A stretch of DNA of 64,000 nt, taken from assembly GCA_026392115.1 (NCBI GenBank), contig JAPLCQ010000035.1, positions 2,914 through 66,913 on the forward strand. Direction: 5' to 3'. The notes beneath the pieces are model-generated. The model had not been told where the DNA came from, ran no database searches, and saw nothing but the letters and a program-made list of their open reading frames with translations. The position numbers were made by a program, and so were the translations under genes. The stretch is from Armatimonadota bacterium. GTDB taxonomy: Bacteria > Armatimonadota > Chthonomonadetes > Chthonomonadales > CAJBBX01. Of the stretch, positions 51,866-60,390 are shown one piece after another (within the stretch, counting starts at the first letter, position 1; the number at the start of each line of letters is the position of its first letter).

Positions 51866-52507
51866 ATGACCCGAGGCCTAACGGAGAGGCAAGAGTTCAT
51901 CCTGCAGTTCATTTCGGATTACATTGATGATCGTGGGTATCCGCCGTCCATTCGCGAGATAGGTGCGCATTTCGAGATCACCAGCCTGCGCGGGGTCACG
52001 GTGCATCTCGACGCCCTGGAGCGCAAGGGCTACATCCGCCGGAAGAGCACCTCCAGGTCCATCGCCATCGTGGGCCGCACCACGGGTCCCGGCGGCCACC
52101 GGAGCGTTGAGTTCCTGCCGCTGGTCGGTACGATCGCGGCCGGGGTGCCCATTACGGCCACCGAAAACGTCGAGACGTACGTGCCCGTTCCGGTTGAGAT
52201 CGTGCGGAACATCGAGGGCGCCTTCGTCCTTCGCGTTCGCGGCGACAGCATGATCGGCGACCACATCATGCCGCGCGACCTGGTGATCATCCGCCCCCAA
52301 TCTGCTGCCGACAACAACGACCTCGTGGCCGTGCTTCTGGGCGACGAGGCCACCGTGAAGCGCATCCAGTTTGTGGATGGGCGCGTGCGCCTGGTCCCCG
52401 CCAATCCGCACTACGAGCCCATGGAGATCAGCCGCGAGGACAGCCGGGTCATCGGCAAAGTGATCGGCCTTATCCGCCAGTACCAGCCGCAAACGAGCCT
52501 GTTCTGA
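51866..52507 (+). CDS. lexA: LexA repressor
   Basis: Has a winged HTH (YPPSIREIG), the Ala-Gly cleavage site (GTIAAGVPI), Ser in GDSM and Lys in VKR. Confidence 0.95.
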   Translation: MTRGLTERQEFILQFISDYIDDRGYPPSIREIGAHFEITSLRGVTVHLDALERKGYIRRKSTSRSIAIVGRTTGPGGHRSVEFLPLVGTIAAGVPITATENVETYVPVPVEIVRNIEGAFVLRVRGDSMIGDHIMPRDLVIIRPQSAADNNDLVAVLLGDEATVKRIQFVDGRVRLVPANPHYEPMEISREDSRVIGKVIGLIRQYQPQTSLF

Positions 52508-53195
52508 GGTTGGGCTTGGCAGGGGGCGGCGCCACGTAGGTCGGGACCGCCGCCATGGCATCGGTGAACTCGCCCCGGTCCGCCCGCGCGGCGGCCAGCG
52601 TGGCGAGTTGGGCCGGTGATGGCGCGGCGCCCGGCCCCATCGTGGCAGCGACGCCCGCAGAAGCCAACTCGGTCGCCAACTCGACGGCGTGGCGGCTGAG
52701 GGCGTCGCCCACGACTCGAACAGCAGAGATGCCTGCGGCGGCTGTCAGACGCGCAATGCCGGCCATGTCGCCGCAGGCGATGCCGCCGTCGGCGGGAGCC
52801 ACGATCTCGCTTCCGGCGTAGACCCGTGCGTAGGCGGTGCCAAACCGCGACCGCACCACGGTGAGTACCGGCTCCCCGCCGCGGCCATGGGCGTGGGCCA
52901 GGGCGTCGAGGGAGCAGACCCCTACCAGCGGCTTCTGTAGCGTGTGTGCCCAGGTCTTTGCGGTCATCACGCCGATACGTAGCCCGGTGAACGTGCCCGG
53001 TCCCTGGTCGACCCCGAAAACGTCGATGTCTCGCAGCGACAATGACCGCTGCGCGAGCATCTCGACCACTTCGGCGGTCAGGTTCCGCAATAGCTGCATG
53101 GGGTCGGCCACGAGCCGCTCGGCGACGACCTGGCCGTCAGCCATCAGCGCCGCTCCGCACGGTTGGCCCGAGGTTTCGATCACGAGCAGGTTCAT
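52470..53195 (-). CDS. tsaB: tRNA t6A37 biosynthesis protein TsaB
   Basis: Contains LLVIETSG and GPGTFTGLRIGV. Confidence 0.85.
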   Translation of the reverse strand: MNLLVIETSGQPCGAALMADGQVVAERLVADPMQLLRNLTAEVVEMLAQRSLSLRDIDVFGVDQGPGTFTGLRIGVMTAKTWAHTLQKPLVGVCSLDALAHAHGRGGEPVLTVVRSRFGTAYARVYAGSEIVAPADGGIACGDMAGIARLTAAAGISAVRVVGDALSRHAVELATELASAGVAATMGPGAAPSPAQLATLAAARADRGEFTDAMAAVPTYVAPPPAKPNLRTGSFAAGTGG

Positions 53196-53656
53196 GGCGC
53201 CTCCCGCCGGTGCGCCATGGCAGCCGGGCGCTGGACTAACACGTGCCGCGTTCGGCCACGTACCTCAATGGTGATCCGCAAGGGATCGCCGGGCGTCAAG
53301 TACCCCAACCGTTCGGGCCACTCCACCGCCAGCACGCAGGGCAGGTCCAGGTAGTCGCAGTACCCGATGTTCTCCAACTCGTCGGGGCCCTGCAGCCGGT
53401 AGGGATCGATGTGGATCAGCGGCGTGCGGCCCGACCGGTACTCGTGGATCAGGTCGAACGTGGGGCTTGTCACGGGTTCCGCGCAGCCGATGCCCAGCGC
53501 GATGCCCTGGACCAGCGTGGTCTTTCCGGCGCCCAGTTGGCCCTCGAGCAGGACCACGTCGCCGGGCGCCAGGAGCCGGCCAAGCGCCGCACCCAGTTCC
53601 ACCATCTGGGCGGCCCCGCGAACGGCGTGCCGCTCCGACAGGGGTTCGCTATCCAT
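53192..53656 (-). CDS. tsaE: tRNA t6A37 biosynthesis ATPase TsaE
   Basis: Contains LEGQLGAGKTTLVQG, SPTF.LIHEY and H.D.YRL. Confidence 0.85.
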   Translation of the reverse strand: MDSEPLSERHAVRGAAQMVELGAALGRLLAPGDVVLLEGQLGAGKTTLVQGIALGIGCAEPVTSPTFDLIHEYRSGRTPLIHIDPYRLQGPDELENIGYCDYLDLPCVLAVEWPERLGYLTPGDPLRITIEVRGRTRHVLVQRPAAMAHRREAP

Positions 53657-55016
53657 AGGCGGGCATCACGCCGGCGAACAGGAGCGCGGCGGAGAGGATG
53701 GCGCCAAGCGCGGCGCAGCCAAGGAGCGCCATGGGGGTCCGTTTCTCACCATTGAGCCTGTAGAGGCCGCCCGCTACGAGCGCGGTGAGCGGCAACATGG
53801 CCGGGTAGAGGTAACGCCCCTGAGCCTGGAAGTAGGTCCACGTGAAGGCCGCAAAGGCCGCCGTCGTGGCTGCCAGCAACACGCCCAGCACGATAGCGTC
53901 GGTGCGGCATGGCTCACCGTCAACCGCTGTGCCGCCGAGCCTGAGCCAGCCAAGCAGCGCTACGGCCAGCGGAAGCCAGGCCAGCAAGTAGAGCTGCTGC
54001 GGCAGGAAGATCGGCATCCCGATGGCGGCGCCGCGCCTGGAGGTGTAGGCGGCCACGAAGGTTCGCGATGTCCAGTCGGCCACCAGGGCTACGTAGCCTG
54101 CGCGGCTCATGGGTGGGCCCGGAACCAGCGATCCGGACGCGGGATCGACCTGTAGCGGACGCTTGCCGATCCAGTCCGCGGCCCTGGCCGTTCCGGCGAA
54201 CTCGCGGGCGAAGACGCGCGTGAGTGTGGCATCGCCGTACAGCGCGGCGTTGCGTGCGAACCACCAGCCCGAGCCCACGGCCATGGCGGCAGCCGCATAG
54301 GCCAGCCAAACGACTCGTTGGCGTCGGGTGGGGCCCGCTGCCATGGCCGCGGTCGCAAGCAGCGGCGCCATCAGCACGAGGCCCGAGGCCTTGGTCAGCG
54401 TTGTCGCCGCTACGGCCGCGCCGCAGATCACACCCCAGCGCCGGGTGAGCCCGGCCCGGGCGGCCATGAGCAGGGCCACGGTGGCGGCGGTGAACCAGAA
54501 CTCAGCGGCGGCGTCATTGCCGACGGAGGCGCAGATCGCCTGTCGCATGGGCAGACCTGCGGCCAGCACGACCATCAGGCAGGCGGGTGCCTCTGAGCGT
54601 CGCCACAGGAGGCATCCGCCGAGGTAGAGCAGCGCCAGCGTCGCCGCGCCGGTGAGGACGCCTAGGAGCCGAACCGCGCGCGGTCCGGCGGGCCATGCCG
54701 GTGCGGCGGTCAGGTAGTAGAGCGGCGGCTGGTGCCACTCGTAGGTATGGCCCGGCGTGTCGGCGCGCCGGGGGAGCCGCTGCTGTTCAGCCACCACGCG
54801 GACGTAGCCCACGTGCGCCGCCTCGTCGGGGGCGTTGATGAAGCTCCCCTCGGCCAGGACGGGCGTGGTGCACGCATGGGCGCATGCGGCCAGAACGAAG
54901 CCCAGCGCGGCCACCGCCGCCACGGTTCGGTATGTGCGGCGGGTACTGACCGGATCGATTCGGCGTGCTGCGGGCGCGGCGTGCGCCGGACTCCGCTCTG
55001 CGTTGCGACGGCTCAC
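53649..55016 (-). CDS. Polytopic membrane glycosyltransferase, GT-C fold (GT39/PMT_2-like), paralog B
   Basis: GTG 55016 overlaps the TGA of the upstream frame (GTGA). Contains FINAPDEAAHVGYV ... HQPPLYYL followed by many TM helices. The 1112-aa track ORF is an artefactual merge. Confidence 0.7.
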   Translation of the reverse strand: MSRRNAERSPAHAAPAARRIDPVSTRRTYRTVAAVAALGFVLAACAHACTTPVLAEGSFINAPDEAAHVGYVRVVAEQQRLPRRADTPGHTYEWHQPPLYYLTAAPAWPAGPRAVRLLGVLTGAATLALLYLGGCLLWRRSEAPACLMVVLAAGLPMRQAICASVGNDAAAEFWFTAATVALLMAARAGLTRRWGVICGAAVAATTLTKASGLVLMAPLLATAAMAAGPTRRQRVVWLAYAAAAMAVGSGWWFARNAALYGDATLTRVFAREFAGTARAADWIGKRPLQVDPASGSLVPGPPMSRAGYVALVADWTSRTFVAAYTSRRGAAIGMPIFLPQQLYLLAWLPLAVALLGWLRLGGTAVDGEPCRTDAIVLGVLLAATTAAFAAFTWTYFQAQGRYLYPAMLPLTALVAGGLYRLNGEKRTPMALLGCAALGAILSAALLFAGVMPAYG

Positions 55017-56903
55017 GGCTTGGACCCCGGAAGCAGGCGAAGGACGATGCAACCGCTGCGGCAGCCGTCCTGCGCCACCTCGGCACGGCCCGTCGCCAAA
55101 GCATCGGCGAGCAGATAGCGCCACCTCTCGCCGTCGCGCGGCGCTGAGCGGTAGGCCTCCAGGAAGGTGCTCGCCTCGGTACCCTCGCGGACGGCAGTGC
55201 GCAAGCGCTCGCCCGAAGCGGCGTCCTGGAAGAAGGGCCCGCCGATCGAGGCCGAAGCCGCGCGTCTCCTCGAAGAGGACGACCTGTGCGTCCGCCGGCG
55301 CATTGGCGTTGATCCACTCCTCCGAGGCCGCGCAGTTCACCTGCCGCCGCATGTGCCGCATGTCGGCCTCGGGGCCTGCCGCGCGTTCCATGGCGCCCGG
55401 CAGGCGCGGAAGGAACACCGAGCCGGTGAAGGCGCACTGCAAGGCCAGCAGGCACGCGGCGATCGCGGCGCCGGGGCGGCCCCGGGACGGCGACAGCAGA
55501 GCTGAGGCGCCGGCTATGCTCAGCAGCGGCGCCAGGGGTATGAGATACCGTGCGTACTGCATGCTCAGGCTCCAGACGACGAACCAGCAGCCGGCCACCG
55601 CCAGCGCCGCGCCACCGAGGCGCCCCTGCGGGCGCAGGACCAGCGCCGCGCCGAGCAACGCCAGCAACCCCATGCCCAGATGGGATTCGGCCCCCGGGCT
55701 GTTGTAGTTGCTGAAGAGCCTCGGTACGCTCACGAGCGCGAACGGGGCCAGCATCAGGTTGCGAAGCCGGTCGCCGATGGCGGGGGGCACATGGACAGGG
55801 CTTCGCGCCGGGACCAGATCGTCGCCGGGCCGAGCCAGCCGCGCATCGAGGCCGAAGCTGGTCTGCTCGCCCGAATAGCGTTGCGCCAGGTCTGCGTTCC
55901 AGTACCGACCGCCGAAGAGCTTGTAGGCGAAGGGATAGACCGGGTTGCCCGTCTGCACCCAGGCCTTCACGTAGAACGGCGCGCCCAACGCCACAGCGCA
56001 GGCTGCGTAGGCCAGTACAGCCCTGGGCTTTCGGCTGGAGAGCAGAATCCACCCGCCGAGCAGGGCCGCCGGCGCCAGCGAGAGTGTCTTGACCCCCAGG
56101 CCCAGTCCCGCGAAGAGGCCGGCCGCGCCCGCCGCGCGGCATGAGCGCGAGGCGGCGTGCTCGGCGGCCAGTGCGAAGGCGACGGTGGTCATCAGCGCCT
56201 GGGCGATGTCGATGTAGGCCGTGCTGGCTTCCCATAGGGCCACGGGGGTCAGGGCGCAGAGCGCCGCCGCGAATGCGCCCGCACCGGGCCGCGCGGCCCG
56301 ATCACCCAGTCCGGCCACGGCTGCCAGCAGTAGCGCGAAACACCACCAGTGGAAGAGCTTGGCCAGGGCGGGCCCCTGCAACGCCAGGCCCAGGGTGTAG
56401 AGCATCTGGGTGAGGAACGGGAAGTTGGAGTGGTGATCGGTGGGCAGGAAGACGATGCGCCCGGCGGCAAGGTACTGCTTGGGGACGGCCAGATGGTAGG
56501 AGAGCGAGTCCCACTCCATGGCGTCAGGCAGGCAGAGAGCGCTGATCAACGAACACGCCAGGCATGCGACAACCACAACGCCGGACGCCAGTCGCAACCA
56601 GTCGAGACGCCTTTCGCGCGGCGCCCAGGCCGAGGCCATGGCCCCGATATCCGCCAACATGGGGCGCCAGCCAGCGATTCCCGCCGCCGCCATGAGGGCG
56701 AGCAGCGCCACAAAGGCTGTCCGGTTCAACTGGCCTGCCAGACCAACGGCCAGGATCGCGTACCCGAGCAGTCCCATGCCCATGGCGCCGGACGCCGCGA
56801 ACCGAACCTCGGCAGGCTGGAGTTCCACGCGAATGGCCCGGAGGCACGCTCGCCCGGCTGCGCCGCAGAGCGCGGCGATGACGATCAGCCATATCAACGC
56901 CAT
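55013..56903 (-). pseudogene. GT-C-like membrane protein, paralog A, interrupted by a +1 frame change near 55235-55247 (pseudogene or assembly indel)
   Basis: The frame from ATG 56903 is protein-like up to ...VVLFEETRGFGLD. A protein-like continuation (GGPFFQDAASGERLRTAV...LLPGSKP, stop at 55013) lies in the +1 frame. The original frame turns Arg-rich and junk-like after the shift. Confidence 0.6.
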
Positions 56904-57640
56904 CAGAGGGCCTCCAGCGAGGCGCGCATCCGCGGCCTGCCGGCGTCCATGCTGACCTCCACCCGGCCCAACAGCTTCGCGTGGCACCCAGCCTGAACGA
57001 TCAGCGTCTCACCGACGGCCTCGCCCTCGGGCAACGTGGCGTGCGTGTGGCCACCGACGATGAGGTCGATCCCGGGCGCCGCCTGGGCGATCCGGCGATC
57101 CTGGCCCAGGCCGCAGTGGCTGATGCAGACCAGCACGTCGCACTGGTCGCGCATCTCCGCGCAGAGGTCCCGCGCCGATTCGACCGGGTCGTCGAACACG
57201 AAGGCCGAGACGGCCGACGCGGCCATTCGCTCGGTCACCATGGGCGCCATCACGCCGAACACGCCGACGCGTATGCACCCTACAGCGTCGAAGGTGTGGT
57301 TCCGAAGCGTGGGCACGGCCGCACCGGCCTTCCGCGCACGCACGTTGGCGCAGAGCACGGGGAACTCGGCGCAGGAGACCTTGGTCCGGAAGCCCAGCGA
57401 TGTCACATGGAACTCGCGGTTGCCCGTGGCCATGGCGTCGTACCCGGCCCGGCTCATCCGCTCCAGCATGGGCTCGCCGCCGGGCCGAAACGTGATGTTT
57501 CCGGAACTCACGGCATCGCCCGCGTCCAGGAGCAAACCCGCTGCGCCGAGATCGGCCCGGGCCTGGCGGAGCCTGGTGACCTGGTCAGGCATGAGGCGGC
57601 CATGCATATCATTTGTGTGCAGGATCGTCAGGGCGCTCAT
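56903..57640 (-). CDS. Calcineurin-like metallophosphoesterase (5'-nucleotidase N-terminal-domain type)
   Basis: Contains ILHTNDMHG, DAGD, GNREF and GGHTH. Confidence 0.8.
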   Translation of the reverse strand: MSALTILHTNDMHGRLMPDQVTRLRQARADLGAAGLLLDAGDAVSSGNITFRPGGEPMLERMSRAGYDAMATGNREFHVTSLGFRTKVSCAEFPVLCANVRARKAGAAVPTLRNHTFDAVGCIRVGVFGVMAPMVTERMAASAVSAFVFDDPVESARDLCAEMRDQCDVLVCISHCGLGQDRRIAQAAPGIDLIVGGHTHATLPEGEAVGETLIVQAGCHAKLLGRVEVSMDAGRPRMRASLEAL

Positions 57641-57772
57641 ACCGCGCGGCCCGTGAAACAGATTGGCGAGTGGCGCCGTCTACTGGTGTGTAGGCGCCAC
57701 AGCACGTCGCCCGGCGGCGAGACGCCGTGGCGCGGTCGGGCCGTACCGTTCGAAGCCAAGGAGGGTGGAGTC

Positions 57773-57967
57773 ATGTCCGAAAGCACCGCGGCATCATCGG
57801 CGACTGGTCAGACGTGGGACTACAAGCTGCTGAGTGTCCATGCCCGCCACAACGACAAGCTTGAGGAGACGCTGAAGGAACTGGGCGGCCAGGGGTGGGA
57901 CCTCGTGTTTGTCAGCGAGGAGGCGGCCAACGAGTTCCGTCTGATCTTCAAGAAGCCCCTGGCGTGA
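57773..57967 (+). CDS. DUF4177-like small protein
   Basis: 64 aa: WDYKLLSV...LKELGGQGWDLVFV...FKKP. AAGGAGG Shine-Dalgarno upstream. The rest of the 328-aa track ORF was rejected. Confidence 0.65.
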   Translation: MSESTAASSATGQTWDYKLLSVHARHNDKLEETLKELGGQGWDLVFVSEEAANEFRLIFKKPLA

Positions 57968-58082
57968 CGTCATCGTTCGGAAGTTCTCCCGGAGCCGCGG
58001 CCCTTGCCGGTCGCGGCTCACCCAGCAACATCACATACCGTACCCCAGACGGCGCGGGAGCCCGCAAGCCGGAGGCCTTTGC

Positions 58083-58700
58083 GTGACCATCCGCGACATC
58101 ACGCAGCTCCTCGGTCCGTCTACGCCCGTCTGGCCGGGCGATACTCCGCCCACCGTGACGCGGACATCTAGCATCGAGGCGGGCGACCTCTGCACCACCT
58201 CGTCGCTGAGCCTCTCGGCCCACGTGGGCACGCACATCGACGCGCCCTGCCATGTCCTCGGGGGCGGCGGCGATACCGAGGCGATATCGCTGGCAGTGCT
58301 GGTCGGCCGCTGCGTCGTGGTCTCGGCTGGCGCCGGGCGGGCGCTCTCCGCAGCCGACCTCTCGCGTCTTCTGCCTGATCCAGCGCCGGAGCGGCTTCTG
58401 CTGCGTTTTGCGGCAGGCGTCCCGCCTGATGCGGACGACTGGGCAGGCGGCCTCCTGCCTGATGCTGCCGACCTGCTGGTTGGGCTCGACGTGCGGCTCG
58501 TGGGCGTCAGCGGCCCCTCCGTGGAGCCGCCCGGTGATGTGCTGCCGGTCCACCTTCGGCTACTGGGCGCCGGTGTCGTCATCCTGGAGGGGATCGATCT
58601 GAGCGGCGTGCCGGACGGACATTACCAGCTGGTGTGCGCTCCGCTGCGCTGGGAGGGGCTTGACGGCGCCCCGTGCCGGGCACTCCTGCTCGAGGCGTAG
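58083..58700 (+). CDS. Cyclase-family protein (kynurenine formamidase-like)
   Basis: Contains the motif HVGTHIDAPCH and a C-terminal ...GAPCRALL. Confidence 0.75.
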   Translation: MTIRDITQLLGPSTPVWPGDTPPTVTRTSSIEAGDLCTTSSLSLSAHVGTHIDAPCHVLGGGGDTEAISLAVLVGRCVVVSAGAGRALSAADLSRLLPDPAPERLLLRFAAGVPPDADDWAGGLLPDAADLLVGLDVRLVGVSGPSVEPPGDVLPVHLRLLGAGVVILEGIDLSGVPDGHYQLVCAPLRWEGLDGAPCRALLLEA

Positions 58701-58707
58701 GCCCGCG

Positions 58708-59637
58708 CTACGGGTCGAATCGCGTCTCGCCGGGCGTGATACGGCATCCGCACGCCCAGGCCGATGCGGGCATTCGCTTGCATCCTTCCGGCTGGGCTTC
58801 GGTCACCAGCAGGCAACCGTCACCGGCGCCGACCGTGACCCCGGCGTTGCCCTGCGCCACGATGAGCCCCGGCTCGGCCCGACCGTCCACGCATCGGGCG
58901 GACCAGACCTTCACTCGCTTGCCGCAGAGCGTCGTCACCGCGCCCGGCCTCGGCGCCATGGCTTGCACCCGGCGCAGGCAGCGGGCGGCGGGTTCGTTCC
59001 AGCGGATGCGGGCGTCGTCCGGCGTTATCGGCGCGGCATACGTGCTGAGCGCTCCGTCCTGGGGGATGCGCGTCACAGACCCCGAGGCAAGGCCCTCCAG
59101 CGTCTGCGGCAGCAGGCCGGCGCCAATCTCCGCCAATCGCATCGTTAGCGTCCCTGTATCGTCGTCGGGCAGTATGGGCGTTTCGCGGCAAAGGAGGATG
59201 TCGCCGGTATCCAGCGTGGCATCCATGAACATGGTGGTCACGCCCGTGGCGGCATCGCCTTCGAGGATGGCCCGGTGGATTGGCGCGGCTCCGCGCCAGC
59301 GCGGAAGGAGCGAGGCATGGACGTTGACGGGCCCCAGCCGCGGCGCGTCCAGCATCGCCTGCGGGATGATCTGCCCGAAGGCGGCCACGACCAGCGCATC
59401 CGGTCGCAGGTCCGCCACCCGCTCCACGAACTCGGGCGCCCGGACACGCGGCGGCTGGGCCACGGGGATGCCGGCTTCATCGGCCGCCAGGCGCACGGGT
59501 GTGCAGGTGGTGCATCGCCCGCGGCCGCGCGGCCGGTCCGGCTGCGTGACCACCAGCGGCACATCGGCGCCGCTCTCAAGGAGCCGCCAAAGCGTGGGCA
59601 CGCAGAACTCGGATGAGCCGAAGACGATCACTCGCAT
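58708..59637 (-). CDS. fmt: Methionyl-tRNA formyltransferase
   Basis: Contains MRVIVFGS, VVTQPDRPRGRG and NVHASLLPRWRGAAPI. Confidence 0.9.
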   Translation of the reverse strand: MRVIVFGSSEFCVPTLWRLLESGADVPLVVTQPDRPRGRGRCTTCTPVRLAADEAGIPVAQPPRVRAPEFVERVADLRPDALVVAAFGQIIPQAMLDAPRLGPVNVHASLLPRWRGAAPIHRAILEGDAATGVTTMFMDATLDTGDILLCRETPILPDDDTGTLTMRLAEIGAGLLPQTLEGLASGSVTRIPQDGALSTYAAPITPDDARIRWNEPAARCLRRVQAMAPRPGAVTTLCGKRVKVWSARCVDGRAEPGLIVAQGNAGVTVGAGDGCLLVTEAQPEGCKRMPASAWACGCRITPGETRFDP

Positions 59638-59646
59638 ATGGGATGC

Positions 59647-60198
59647 CTAGGGTTCCTGTTCCGGCTTGGCGCCGGGTTCGGCGGGCTCGGACCACTCCAA
59701 TGTGCTGGGGTCGGCGCGGTCGATGTACAAGATGCCGTCGAGGTGGTCGACCTCGTGCTGGATGACGCGCGCCTCCAGTTCCGTGGCGCGCACGGTGATC
59801 GGCCGACCCAGCAGGTCAAGCGCCTTGACGATGATGGAGTTGGCTCGCGTGACTTCGCCATGGAGCAAGGGTATCGACAGGCATCCCTCCTCGCCCGTCT
59901 GCTCACCCTTGGCCGAGACGATGCGGGGATTGATGAGCGAGCGTGTGGGGGCGTCATCCTCCGAGCCGCGGTATACGATCACCCTTAGCGGCACCCCAAC
60001 CTGCGGAGCCGCCAGTCCGATGCCGTTACTCGCCAGCATCGTCGCTTTCATGCGGTCCACAAGCTCACGGGTCTCGCGACCGGGTCGTCCCACCGGTTGC
60101 GCCTTGGCACGGAGCACGGGCTCTCCGTAACGGAAGATGCCGTCTGTCCGCGCCTGCCAGTTGGCCCGAACCTCGTCGGGCACCACGATGTCTAGCAT
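59647..60198 (-). CDS. def: Peptide deformylase
   Basis: ATG 60198 has GAGG 5 nt upstream. Contains GIGLAAPQ, EGCLS and HEVDH. Confidence 0.9.
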   Translation of the reverse strand: MLDIVVPDEVRANWQARTDGIFRYGEPVLRAKAQPVGRPGRETRELVDRMKATMLASNGIGLAAPQVGVPLRVIVYRGSEDDAPTRSLINPRIVSAKGEQTGEEGCLSIPLLHGEVTRANSIIVKALDLLGRPITVRATELEARVIQHEVDHLDGILYIDRADPSTLEWSEPAEPGAKPEQEP

Positions 60199-60390
60199 AC
60201 TTACCTCTACGCGTGTTTCAGTCCAGGCCCGGGGCCGCGTGTGGCGCACCCAAGCTGCATACCATGATAGCGTACGCCCGGCGGCCCGGCCAAGTCGCCG
60301 GGAGTCGCCGGGAGCGCGGGTAGAATATCGCGGCAATCTTACGGGCCCGTGGCCCGGAGACGATAGCATGCGCAAGGAGGACTGTACTGC

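Noticed and set aside
53649-56987. A single 1112-aa membrane protein, as given in the ORF track.
   Set aside because: The middle ~120 residues are Arg-rich junk. A GTGA stop/start junction at 55013-55016 and a protein-like +1 frame show that these are two genes, the upstream one frameshifted.
60293-60312. A tandem 10-bp repeat GTCGCCGGGA x2 just upstream of a TAGAAT -10-like hexamer (60321-60326) in the ppdK leader region.
   Set aside because: There are only two copies, they are GC-rich, and no partner motif occurs elsewhere in the window. This is too little evidence to call an operator.
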